This document shows positions 37,190 to 49,764 of a stretch of 64,000 bases of DNA, one piece after another. The notes beneath the pieces were generated by a model. That model had not been told where the DNA came from. It did not search any database and was given only the letters and a program-made list of their open reading frames with translations. Source of the stretch: Amphiscolops sp. MND2022 (lineage: Eukaryota); contig OZ076409.1 of NCBI GenBank assembly GCA_964187785.1, positions 13,828,001 to 13,892,000 on the forward strand, written 5' to 3'. The position numbers were made by a program, and so were the translations under genes. Position 1 is the first letter of the stretch. Each line of letters opens with the position of its first letter.

Positions 37190-37555
37190 GCCGAGTCCGG
37201 TCAGCGGAAATTAGTGCAAAAGGGTCCCCCTTTCATATTTTACTATTTTACCGTAGCCTACAAAACCGAACGAGACTAAAGGGTCCCCCCTTTCAATTTT
37301 TTTTCGGCATTGTGCGACTTTTTTTCAAAATTTTTTAATGTATCAAAAGAGTCCCCCTTTCGAGTTTTTTGATATTTTGCAACAGAATATATGTTGATAA
37401 AACCCAAAGGGTCCCCCCTTTTACATTTCTTGGCACTATGCGACATTTTCTGAAAGAATAAAAATTCAAAAAATTCAAGTTTTTTTTCAAAAAAAAGTCT
37501 TTTGCGCTTTTTGAGCCTTAGATATAGCGCCGACTTTAGACGTTCCCGTCTTGTT
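37190..37555 (+). mobile_element. HINE-like element, 3' part
   Basis: AAAGGGTCCCCC internal repeats. Ends GCGCCGACTTTAGACGTTCCCGTCTTGTT. Confidence 0.6.
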
Positions 37556-37854
37556 ATTCCCTTCGGCGACACATAATTGTGAATTTTTGACCTTTTCTCC
37601 TCTAAAAGACATAGGTGAAGCCATTCAGGAAGGAAGGATTTACTGCCCATGGTTAGGTTGGTGAATTCAGTTCTCCAATGACGAAATTCAAATGGGGTTA
37701 ATTTCAATTCCCTGCGTAATTTAAACTGCCTTATTTCAACGGTCTATTGACAATTCCGATGAAGCGTAGATTGTCTTCCAATTCGGAAATCACTTGGTTC
37801 ATTTTGCGTTTGTTTTCCACGTTCAATTGCTGCCGTGCTTGTGTGTATTCTCAG

Positions 37855-38335
37855 CAGGGATGCCAAAAATATATCTTACATGCAATAATCTTACAGTATT
37901 TCTATCCGATTATCTATTGCATGACACTATGAAATAAAGATTATTTATCTTTTGAGGAGAGCAATACAGATTACCTATTTTAACATTAAGATAATTTTAT
38001 ATATAATACATGTAAATAATGACGTGTCAACGTGAAAAATTATTTCGCACCAAACGCCCATGTGATAGTTCCGAATGAGAGAAACAGAACAACACCAATG
38101 CACTTGGAAGAATGCTGCTTTTTACTCCTGAATAAGGAACTATGGGACGTTCATACTGTGAATTGTATTGTTGGATCGAAATAAAATTTTGATCAGATTA
38201 TTTTTCGACTCTACAAAAGTATCTGAGATTATTATTTTTTGAATCAGAAAATAAGATTATCTATTTGATATGAAGATCAAGATAAGATAATTTATTGCAT
38301 GATTACGATATTCGATAATTATTTTGGCATCCCTG
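37855..38335. mobile_element. hAT-type MITE
   Basis: TIR CAGGGATGCCAAAA / TTTTGGCATCCCTG. 8-bp TSD ATTCTCAG at 37847-37854 and 38336-38343. Confidence 0.92.
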
Positions 38336-39637
38336 ATTCTCAGCGTACAGTATTGTGTCTCATTGATTGTGTATTTACAAAAGGCATTCTTTCCTTTCGA
38401 TATGAAATCGCTATCCGGGTTTGTTTCGTCCGTACTCCGAGATATTGAAACTTTGAAAACATTAGAACTTATTTCGTTTCGGAGGTTTGATATAATTTTA
38501 ATTTTCGCCTTTTACTGAATCTATCTACCGCTTTCAGTAATTAGCTCCCTTTATACGATTGACTTCTAATTTCACAGAAATGACGCATTGATTTATTTGT
38601 CTCGTTTCGGAAAGTGCTTTCAATTTGTGGTATCCAATTTTTGTTTTTTTTTGGTTTATCGAATTTTTATCAGGTGTCAAGCCAACCACAGTTTTTCACC
38701 TCCTTTTCGAAATATCGGATGATATTTGTCCACCAATTCAGCTTCGTTCATCATCTTGGTGGTGCATTACGGAATTATAGTGTGTCCAGCATCTTAGTTC
38801 GTAATGCATACAAACTTTAGCTTTGTTATTGGTAGAAATCAATCCCTATTTCATTGCTAGTTTATTGAACACTTGTCTGTATTGCTGTGATGTCGTCTCT
38901 GTAGAATGCATTTTTGATACAACTGCAAAGGTTGCTGTTTTTGTTATCATTCTTTTTCAAATTCATCATGAAGTCTAGTTCAACTTTCTTTATTACTTTT
39001 TCGATTGCCCCCTCTCTTTATGCCACAAGTCAGACGTTTTGCTCACTTTGCAAAATGTGCGCCTACTTCCCGTCCGTTTTGTAGTTCTTGGAATCAAAAT
39101 TGGGGAGATTGTCGGATCTGATGATTTGGTAATTGTTGTCGCATAGTGTTGAAGTCATTTAGAACGTTGGCCAGGATGATACTTGCAATGTTCTTGTATA
39201 TTTAACGTTACCAATTGGTATTGAACGCGCGGGTTTTTAACTAAGTTTGTGGTCAACCGAGATCTTGTGTTCAGGATGACATGGGAAACAACGGTGGAGC
39301 ACGGGGAACGGTTCTGTTCAATCAAACTACACAGCAATGACAAATAACCATGCAGCACATGGCATAAAGACGTAATCGGCTTTCATCACGTCGATCACCA
39401 TTCAACGCGGTTGTCCATTTCCAGTCAACTGTTCATTAACGCAGAAATCAAGTTAGCTTTCTGAAAAGAGCATGATGTGACAGCTCTAAGATTCGCTGAG
39501 ACTTTCCCGGCGAGTCTGGGCAGCCACATTTGGCAGGCAAACATTTGAACTGGTTTCCATATTTACTGTCAACTGCCTTGCTTTACATTTGATGTCTAAG
39601 AAACTTTACAGAATTATGTAATTTTAAACAATCCACG

Positions 39638-40157
39638 AACAGCCCAAGTTGGCGCCATATCTAAGGCTCAAAAATAGCAAAAAGACTTCAAAGTGTCAAA
39701 GTATTCTCTTCTAAAGCACCCCCACGAAATAAAAAGTGAAAAAAAATTTCGAAAGTTTTTTTGAAGTCTCCGATAGGTCGCATAGTGCCAAAAAATGTAA
39801 AAGGGGGACCCTTTGGGATTTTTTGAACGTCCATTCTGTTGCAAAATTTCAAAAAAATGAAGGAAAGACCCTTTGGAGACATTTAAAAAATTTGCGAAAA
39901 AAAGTCTCACAAACCCGAAATTACATGCCCAAATAAATGGTCAAGGGTGAGACTCGAACCCACGTCCTTCTGCTTGGCAGATATCAAAAACTATCCTAAT
40001 TAACCTCTATGCTAAGTGGCAGTAGAAGTTACAAGTGTCGCAGTTAGTGGACGCAGCTTATAAAGCTTATGAAATCTGTCACTTCGTTGGTCTTGAAAAA
40101 AAAGAAAAGTCACTACTATAGTCAGTGTGTTTCTACCAAAAAGCGCCGACTAAAAAA
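39638..40157 (-). mobile_element. HINE-like element, reverse orientation
   Basis: GGCGCCATATCTAAGGCTCAAAA at the left end, GCGCCGACTAAAAAA at the right end, GGGGGACCCTTT internal motif. Confidence 0.6.
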
Positions 40158-41523
40158 TGATATAAAAAATTCTCAGGTTCAAATTTTTCGTCTTGGTTGT
40201 GTTTCTCTGTAACGGCAAGCACTAAGCGTTTGGGACGAAACATTGGAGTGGAGGAACTGACACTATGGATGTGGTCCGGGACAAACCACCATAGCACCAG
40301 CTCACTTTGTCCTCCTGTGGGTAGCCGGTTCCGAGGAGGGGGAACCGTCTTAAAGGATGCTCTCCGGCCTGTTCCAGTCTGTAACTGCTACTAGTCACAT
40401 GTAATACGCTTTTTCCTCGTATCCACTGTGTAAATAGCCTTTAAAAACAATGCCAAGGATAAACAGTGTAAATTTCCAATTCCAGGGTGAAATTCCAGGG
40501 TGACATGTGAATAAGGTCTAAAATGGGTACTAAGATCTGAACTGCGAAAACTAGCGCATGGGCTAGCTAAAAACAGTAGAAACACATCCAAATAGGCACG
40601 AATATGGCCAACCACACAGCTACAAGCTGGGGCGCAGTGACTCCAAGCACCAAAATAGGATAATTAAGTGAAAAGACGCATTTTTCCGGTTCTTGCTACT
40701 TTGGGTAGCATAATGCTGAAAATCGGTAAAAACCGGAATTAGCACCTCAAAAAGAGTCTATTTATGAGTTTTCTGAGCGCATTGGCTTCTACACTCCGTG
40801 TTTCCGTTCGGTCGTCTCCGCGGGCGGCTTGCTTCGTCTTCTGAACTGATTTTTAACAGGTACTTTGGCCAAAGCATGCTCAATTTGCCACGTCAGATTT
40901 GAACGAATTTTTGGTCGATTTTACTGAAAACTTGTTGTACCACAGGCTTCCGTTACACTCTCTTGGTGATGCCGCTCCTTAGTTTGGCAGAATAGTTCTA
41001 TGAGGGTCATTTTGGTATGTGTACATTATTGAGTAGAAGTTGGCCTCAGAGGTGGCACGCGAGGAAACCATTATGTTCTAAAGTTTGACTAAGCCTCTGA
41101 ACGGTCCCTTAAAAAATGAAACGATAACCGGAATAAGTAAAACTACTTAGGACAATGTTGAACACTTATATGAGTATTTTGGAGTCTTCTATTGTTTTAT
41201 ACCTGCACAACCAGTAACCAATTTTCACTACTAATCCATATGCTTTTCGACTTCAAGGTGTTTGTCAAAACCTACTCTTGAAAGCAAGCAAGCATTTTGG
41301 AAGCAGAAAAATCGTACAAGATTTTGTCCTCCATTAGGATGTCTTTTCCGTAAGATAATGATTTACGTAATTCTTTACTCATGATTAGTTTTTCAGCTAA
41401 TTGACCGTATCATTCAGCGACAGGACATCTATCTAGAACTGGGCGAATAATCAAAGCGCCTAGAAAACATATGCCTTATATCAGCTAGAACAAGTTTTCC
41501 TCAAATCCATCTCAATGAAGTTC

Positions 41524-42627
41524 TTTTTTAGTCGGCGCGTTTTCTTTTTAAGGAAAAATGCCCGACTATAGCAGTGACTCTTTTTTAGTCGGCGCTTTTC
41601 CATTAAGGGAAAAATGCCCGACTAAAGCAGTGACCTTTTTTTTTCTTCAGACTACAATCCTCACACTGATCGGTCCACTTTTTACAATCCTGAGCAGAGC
41701 ACCTGAGGCCAAGTCCGCCCAAGACAAACTTTACTCCAAAGGGTCCCCCCTTTCATTTTTTACTTTTTCAGGGAAACATACAAAACCGGACGTGCCCAAA
41801 GGGTCCCCCTTTGGATTTTTTTCGGCACTGTGCGACTTTTTTTCGAAAATTTTTTAATGTCCCCAAAGGGTCCCGCCTTTCATTTTTTACTTTTTTAACG
41901 TAACCTACAAATCCGGACGTGCCTCAAGGGTCCCCCCTTTGGATTTTTTTCGGCACTGTGCGACTTTTTTTCGAAAATTTTTTAATGTCCCCAAAGGGTC
42001 CCCCCTTTGAATTTTTTGATATTTTGCAACGGAATGTTTGTTAATAAATCCAGAAGGGTCCCCCCTTTTACATTTTTCGGCACTATGCGACTTCTTTTGA
42101 AAGAAAATTTTTTTTTTCAAAAAATTCAATTTTTTTCCAAAAAAAGTGTTTTACGCTTTTTGAGCCTTAGATGTGGCGCCGACTTTAGACGTTCTCGTCT
42201 TGTTTTCTTCAGACTACAATCCTCACACTGATCGGTCCACTTTTTAGAAACAATCCTGAAACCACCTAAGGCCAAGGCAAACTTAGTCCAAAGGGTCCCT
42301 CCTTTCATTTTTTACTTTGTCAAGGAAACCTACAAAGCCGGACGTGCCTAAAGGGTCCCCACTTTGGATTTTTTTTCGGCATTATGCGACATTTTTTTCG
42401 AAATTTTTTTAATGTCGCCAAAGGGTCCCCCCTTCGAGTTTTTTGATATTTTGCAACAGAATATATGTTAATAAAGCCCAAAGGGTCCCCCTTTTACATT
42501 TTTCGGCACTATGCGACATTTTCTGAAAGAAAAAAAATTGAAAAATTTCAAGTCTTTTTTCTAAAAAAATGTTTTGCGCTTTTTGAGCCTTAGATATAGC
42601 GCCGACTTTAGACGTTCTCGTCTTGTT
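41524..42627 (+). mobile_element. Tandem/composite HINE-like array
   Basis: Two 5' ends (41524, 41581), two 3' hairpin ends (about 42204 and 42627), and repeated AAAGGGTCCCCC blocks. Confidence 0.7.
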
Positions 42628-44757
42628 ATGTGTCGAGAGAGATTTCAGCGTGTAAAAACACCCCTAGTGCTTTCCCCGGTGTCCTTTATTCTTGGAAAAC
42701 GATGTAGCTGTAATGAATTAAATTAGCCGTTATTCCAAGAAAATAGAACGTTTTAGATTTTTTTTTGGATCTGAAAAAGTACAAAAGAGGAGCCAATTGT
42801 TTTCTTTATATTTTTGCGTGTTTCGGTTATTCCTGAGATTACACCCAACTTCTTAGAGGCCTACGTAGGCAATTGAGTTCGAAACCAGTTCTTGAAAATA
42901 CTATATTAGCTGATCAGAATGAAACTGATTTTTTTGTTTCTTTTCAAACTCGTTCTTCTTTTCAGGAGTTTTGAGGTGTGTGTCCCTTCTTTTCCATTTT
43001 CTGTGCTAATTTTGGGCTCCTGCTAAACGGCAAGGACTCTCAAAAAATTTCTCTGTAATTGGCAGGTGGCCGTTAGACTTTTTGGTTCCAATTTTTTTTT
43101 CGTTCCAAACACCTGACTGGTTGGTGATACAAATCGAATTCTAGGTGAATGAAGCAACTGCATATGTGTTCAGCTTCATTTACTGTAGTGTTATTCGCAG
43201 AAAATTTCTGCTCACAAATGCTTATGCAAAGGTGTATGTCAATATCTATAATACAAAAAAGGTGCTAAAAATTAACCTTGAGATGCATTTTTACTGATTT
43301 AAAGCAGGGCGGTTTTCCATCATGAGATACGTACTTCATTTCATCATGATCAAGGTTACGAATATGTTTCAAACTTGTTTTTTTTTTCAAAAAAAGGACA
43401 ATCAAGGACGTTTTCTCATAACAGAGTTATTTGATTGTGTTTGTAATAAATGTCAAAATTCAATTGTTTGTCAAGTATAACAGATTTATGGTTTAGTCAC
43501 TGAAGAGACTCGAAGTTTTTCAGGGGCATGGTCGTAAAAAGAAATTGAGATTTTTGCTCGACTATCGAGCCAATCTTGCAGAGTCGCAAAATGAAGTTAC
43601 TTTCGTCCAGTGAACAGCAAATTGGCGTAAACAATAAAATTCGGTGCAATATATGCGAAAACAGAGCTTGTCGCGTCAGTTGAACAAAGAGTATAAATTC
43701 GGAGCTTCATATTCATCATTCAGAAGTGCCAAAATTAATCAACTGTCATTGAAAACGCACTTTTTGTGGTTTAAGCGTTTCAGCAACTCGATATTTGCGT
43801 GAGACTTTTCGAGCTTAAAACGACCCCTGAAGACTAACTTCAAACAGTTTATTGGACCATTAAACGTGTCATCATGCCTTTGGATAGTACGCAAGAACGA
43901 CTTCAAGCCATTTAGTGCCTCATTGTTTATATCGGATCAAGAGAGCCTACACAATTTCAAAAAATTGTCTGTGAATGGTCTTCCGAATTCAAAGTCTGTA
44001 AAGAACAGCTCACATCGGATCAGCATTTTTCATTGTCCACACTCTTAAAGACAAGCATGAAATGACCTTGATGCACAGAGAAGAAATTTCACACGTTTCT
44101 GTTGTTTTTTTTTCGCAGTGGGTGTAAAAATTAGTCAGTATTTTATCAAAATATTTTCGTCAATTCCATGCTCCAGTTGAGATAGAAATTAAAAATTGTT
44201 CAAAATTCTTATGTGCCTAAGAAGTTTCTTGAAAAGCTATAGCTTCACTTTATCCAGTAGGACGATTATTGGAACATCCTCACTGGAACCTATAGACTAT
44301 TTTATTTGTTCACATCATATTAGAGCGACTACACTAACAAAAATTGAGGTTTTACCCGCCGAAAACCTGCAAAAAGTCACAGGCTTTCTTTTCAATTTCC
44401 TTGATGTTGCTCTGAAATCCCGCCAAATCTTAAAGAACTTGGCCTGATCAAGAATTGGGACGCAGCACGAAAACTTTGAGCACGAAAACTTCACTAAACA
44501 GCTCCCAAAATCCTAATAAATTTGTCTTGCAACCTTTAAAAGCATATAAAACGTTTGTGTAATATCAGTTAGGGTACTAATTCATGATAATCATAAGTTT
44601 TAAAACTTGTGATCTTGGAAAGTTTTTCCACAGGAAAATTCACAAAATATTTATTTGATCTGGATGAATTTTCCGAGTACATTTCGGATGCATTTTTTAA
44701 ATACCATTTATGAGATTTACAGTCTGTATGAGGATATTATTGACGCCTTTTAACGGT

Positions 44758-46805
44758 AAACAAGACAGGAAAGTCTAAAGTCAGCGCTATATCTAAGGCT
44801 CAGAAATCACCAAGTTTTTCAAAAATGTCCAGGACGTTTTCATGGAAGTGTTGAAGCATCCGGAACGCTTCGGAAGTTCAGATGTAGCGTGCTGAGAACA
44901 AATTGTTTTTTGGCCATTTTTGGGCTAATTTTGGTTATGTTTATCATATCCGAGTCATACGATTTTAATGCCTTTGCGCACGCAGGGGCCCCTTTGGGTG
45001 TAGAATGACTGTGCAAAATTTTATGAAAATCGTTTGGACAGTTTTTGAGAAATTTGAAAATTTCAATGGAAGCTCGGGAGAAAAAGGAAAAAAACATAGG
45101 CGCAACTGCCATTGCGCGACGGCTTCGAAAATTAGATTCCAGCTCGTGTCCAGGGATCATATGATCTTTCATTGTATTATGTCAAAGAGCGTTGGCTAGG
45201 TACGAGACGATGTGATTTACAGTAATCTCTGCGGCAGTAGACGCTAGATAAAGCATTTAACATAAACCGAAACTTTGCAGCTTTGAACTGCAAGCCCAAA
45301 CATGAATAGGTGCTATTGACACGATTACCATTTGGAAGTAGGGAAAAAACAAATGTACAGTTGATCAAAAAAATTGAGAACCGAAAAGTTCTTCATCTTT
45401 CTCTCTTTATTTTCAAATCAAAATGTCGACACTTTTTTAATTTTCTGTTGAAATTTTACATTGTCAAAATGTAATCAATGGTAATAGATTTTTCGGATAA
45501 TTCGGACAGCTTCGAAGCAATGGTTTGTCGGAAATTGGCCCTAAGCATATACAAATAGGAATGTCAAAATGTGCGTCAATATTTTTTCGCAAAAACACAA
45601 ATTCCAATTTAACGCCTAGTAATAAAACCTTCAACCACTGAAATGAGTGGTCCTGATACGTCCGCTGACGCATATGTTTGGCCGGTTTGATGTGGTTTAT
45701 CAACCGAAAAGAAGCAAAATCGGCAAAAAATTTTGAATTTATCAAAAATTTCAGGTTTCCGAAGCTTAAAAAACCGCGCTGGCCTAAAAATTTCAAAAAA
45801 TCTCAGAAAATGGCCTAGGAGTAATGGGTTCTACGGAAGTGCTCCCAAGCACCCCCAATTGCATGGAGTACGTTAAAATACACTTTTTTTCGCAAAACAC
45901 GATTTTTTTGCAGAAAACATTTCCGATATATTTTCGCCATTTCCTCAACGACCAATGATCGTAGGATAACTAATGAACCTTTCATGATATTAGAGAAGAC
46001 ATCCTTTTGCTTCGGTCGGTACTAATTATGAGCCTGTTCGATGTCGTTTAAGTAGTGAAATTGAGCAAAATCTACAATAAAATTTGTTTTTCGCAAAAAA
46101 CCCAAAAATTTCCAATTTTTAATCGCCATTTTCTCAACGCCCACTAATTGTGAGATCATGAACTTTCACGACCTTAAAGAAGACATCATCTTGCGTCAGT
46201 TGGTACCTATTTTGAGACGGTTCGATATCGTTCAAGTGCTAAAATTACGCAAAACGGAAAAAATCCTAAATTTTTTCGCAAAAGTCCTGTTTTCGAAGCT
46301 AATAAAATCGCCGAGGCGGAAAATGTTCAGAACCTTCTTAGAAGGCCATTCAGTTGCGGTTCTGTTTTCAAAATTCTGAATTGTCTCGTAGAAATAGGCT
46401 GGGAGAAAAAAGCCGATACTTTTACTAAAGCAGAGGGATGTCACGTTCTGGCGAAAAAAACCGACGCAAACAATAAAGCATCTCGCTTCGCTCGTCGCCT
46501 TAAAAACGAAACGAATGGATAAGTGTTCGGAATTTTTTCCGACTCCTAAAAATTACTGGTGGATATAAATTGAGAAAACCTAATATCAGACAAAGATGAC
46601 GATTTTGAACAGTCTCACAATACCGAAAAATGTGGAAGGGACCTAAATGTGGAATCTATAGTCTTGTCCGGTTTTCTGTTTTACGTTAAACATGGAGTAA
46701 ATGAAAGGGGGACCCTTTATACTAACTTGCAATCGACGAAAAAGAAAGAAAAAAACTTGCCACTGAATTAGTCGCGCTCATTTTGCAATGAAATGCTCCG
46801 ACTAA
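44758..46805 (-). mobile_element. Old HINE-like copy split by ~1.7 kb of other repeat sequence
   Basis: Family 3' end at 44758-44806 and 5' end (CTCCGACTAA) near 46804. The insert ends CTCGCTTCGCTCGTCGCCTTAAAAA near 46505 and has a diverged ~185-bp internal duplication. Confidence 0.4.
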
Positions 46806-48851
46806 GAACAATGCTGAAAGCCTCTTGGATATTTTTGATGTTTCCAGTTAGAAAAGGGCCTAGTTTTCTTCCGCTAAATAGCCCAATTTTTCGCTGGTTG
46901 GAACTCAGTCTCATCGAGCGCTCCTTTAGCATTGGATGTTTAGACCCTCCGGCCACAACTACTGTCTTTGCTACTTTCTCATCTTCAGCCACTTTTCCTC
47001 CGACTGCCCCTTGTTCGACCATTTCCTGTCTGATTCTAACGTCAATTTTTAACAACAATACCGGTTTTCCACAGTTTGGTAGAATTGTTAATTTATTTTG
47101 CGACTTCCCAATTAGCTTGACTCTCCGTTTGGTGAACGTTCTTTGTAGTTTTGAGCCACTGGTTCTGTCAAGAATGAAAACTGTCGAAAACTTACAAAAT
47201 TGCATCAAACATTAAAATTTAAATGCTGTTCATGGGGGTTTGTTCTCTGGTGGGTTCCATGATCCGCTACCAATTTCGCTGAATTTTCTATGACCCTATC
47301 AGTAAATGTACAACTGAGGTATTCCGTACAGACACCTACATATACTTTTCCTTTCGGTGAACGTTTGAACGATCCTGCAAAATCTACCAATAATTCATAA
47401 TTTGAGTTTTCCGTAGCCGGCAGTTCTCCAAACTCTTTTCGTTTTTTTTTCAGCTTTTTTAAACATTTCAATTTCTTACCTGCTGTGCTGAATTCTGGGC
47501 AGTTAGTGGCCTTGTCAATAGGTTCTCGATGAATTCTGGGCCACCAGACGTGTTCTGCCTCTCTCAGCATGGCATCATCGCCAGCATGACGAAAGTGGAT
47601 AGTCGTAAGACTGTTATCCTTCATGATTTTTGAGAATACCAAAGGCTTATCGAAGTGATGTAAAATATTCCTGCCTAAGAGGAAAAAACAAGATTTTTTC
47701 CTCCATCGAGATGTAGTTTGGCTATTTGTGCCGAATCGTGATTTTGAACAATTTTGACCATTTTTGACAGATGTAGATCCTTCTCAAACTTCGCATATGT
47801 ATAATTACGGCTATTACGAGATTCGCTGCGTGATTCACTTCACGTGACCATTTTTCACGGATAAAAGATTCGGTTTTCATTGCGGCTCTTCACGCTGCTC
47901 ACGTTTTTGCCTCACTGCCGTTTTGTTGATTAAAGTAAGCACGCTCATACTAGCATCTGATTTTGTTTCGCTTTTATCACAATTGATTAATAAAACTCCA
48001 TTGCTATTACATTTACCAATTAATACCATTTACCAATTATTAATAGAAAACCAATCATTAAAATTTGTCAGATTTTTTGAATGAACCCCATATGGAGATG
48101 GGTGCCTCGATAAATAATGTACCGTTGTCAAAGTTTTCCCTGGTGTATTTGCCAATTCTGGAGCGAATTTATATGAATGCGTCAGGGCTCCTAACATAGA
48201 TCTCAGTTTTTTTCGAATTAGTTTCAACCTAAAGACAAGTCATTCAACTTGCATTATCGTAAATTTACACTTCTCTGCTTTTGGGAACAAATTCGTGCTG
48301 CATATAGCAGTCTGTTGTTGACTTGTTCCCTTGCTAGTTTAAAAATGTCAGCGACAGAACGCTTGTTTAAATTAACCTGAGAGGTTATTAGTTACCTGTT
48401 GAAATTCTGTCGGCATAATCGTCAGACCTTGAAAACATGTTACGAATCCATGAGTTCCCCTCAATCCTCCCTCTATCATTTGAGAACTACAATGTTTTGC
48501 TGTCGCAAAGTGTAAAGGACTTCAAAAGATGTATTCTACACCTCCCCTTCTTCACTTTTTCGCCTTTCGGTTACCATATCTATCATATTTCCTAACTTAT
48601 ATTTTTTGTAGTTGTTATGGTTGAAACCTTTACTTAAGGCTCTCGAATCCATCGCGATATATACTAAACTGTCTTTTTTCGGTCATGACGAGAAGCGGAA
48701 AAACGACATTGACTCTAATTTCGTCTACACTTTCGATTTTTTTGTCTTTTAACAACCTTTTGATATCCTCCTACATTTGGATAGAACTTCTTTTTCATTT
48801 TTTGTTGCGTTTATTTAGCATGGTCTCTCGTTCTTATGTCGATATTAAGGT

Positions 48852-49746
48852 TGTTGGCGCCAGTCAATTGCGAGATCAGAAACTCAAATTCGAACGTGAC
48901 TGATGAAACTTACAACTCAAAAGACTTAGAAAATTTATCAAGATTTTAGATGGAAAAATACAAGTCTAAGCAAAAATGACCCTATGTAATAAAACACCAC
49001 CCCCCCGTCCCGGTAAACCGCTCAATCAATCACCCTGAAACTTGGCACACATATAGTGGTGGTGCTTCCCTAACTTTTCACTCTTAACAAGCTACCCCGT
49101 ATCTCCCCTGGGTTCAGAGCTATTAACACCCAAAGAGACCTAGGTCGGACCCCATGAATTACCCAATTTTGATGTATCAATTATTATGTGATTCTCTCAT
49201 ATGACCTTGAAGGAAATTCATCTCTGTTGAAATTACTGATATTTACATTGTGTAAACATACTTTCTAACCCACCTGACCAACATGCCAAAACCACCTTAT
49301 AGTTTGTTTACTTAGCCAATAACTTCATTTTATGCTTTAAATGTCATTTATTTATACAACATATTTCAACTAATATTTGTTCTATATTTACTGTAGAATT
49401 GTAAACCACATGTATACCATTATGCGATAGAGATTTTAACGACTGAATAGCTGTAGTCAAGTTGGGTCTTAGGACCATTTCAATTCTCAATTCATTTCTT
49501 CACCTCTTTTCGACTTTTCGCCAAAGACTTAGGGCGACTAAGTTAGTTACTCTCAACTTGTGGAGAGTTGGACGTGTTAAGAGACAAGGAAGAAGTGCAA
49601 TTCGGGATCGTTGGATCCTACTAAGTCAAGATACAGTCCTTTTAATCTACGAAGCAAGCAGTGTTCGGTAACGATCCGCAGTGCCGAGCACCGAATTCAG
49701 GGCGGCGTAAAGTTTGGTCAATTGAAGGGATCAAGCAGCCGTTACA
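48852..49746 (+). repeat. BEL/Pao 5' LTR (895 bp)
   Basis: Differs from 53891-54786 by about 5 substitutions and 1 indel, counted by eye. Confidence 0.96.
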
Positions 49747-49764
49747 TTTGGTCCGCCGACCCAT

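Noticed and set aside
40200..41460. GC-richer patches as exons or an RNA gene
   Set aside because: No coherent frame, splice pattern or recognisable structure could be supported.
37276..42308. Recurrent SHSAKKCKRG-type ORFs
   Set aside because: Chance translations of the internal repeats of the HINE-like family; frames are inconsistent among copies.
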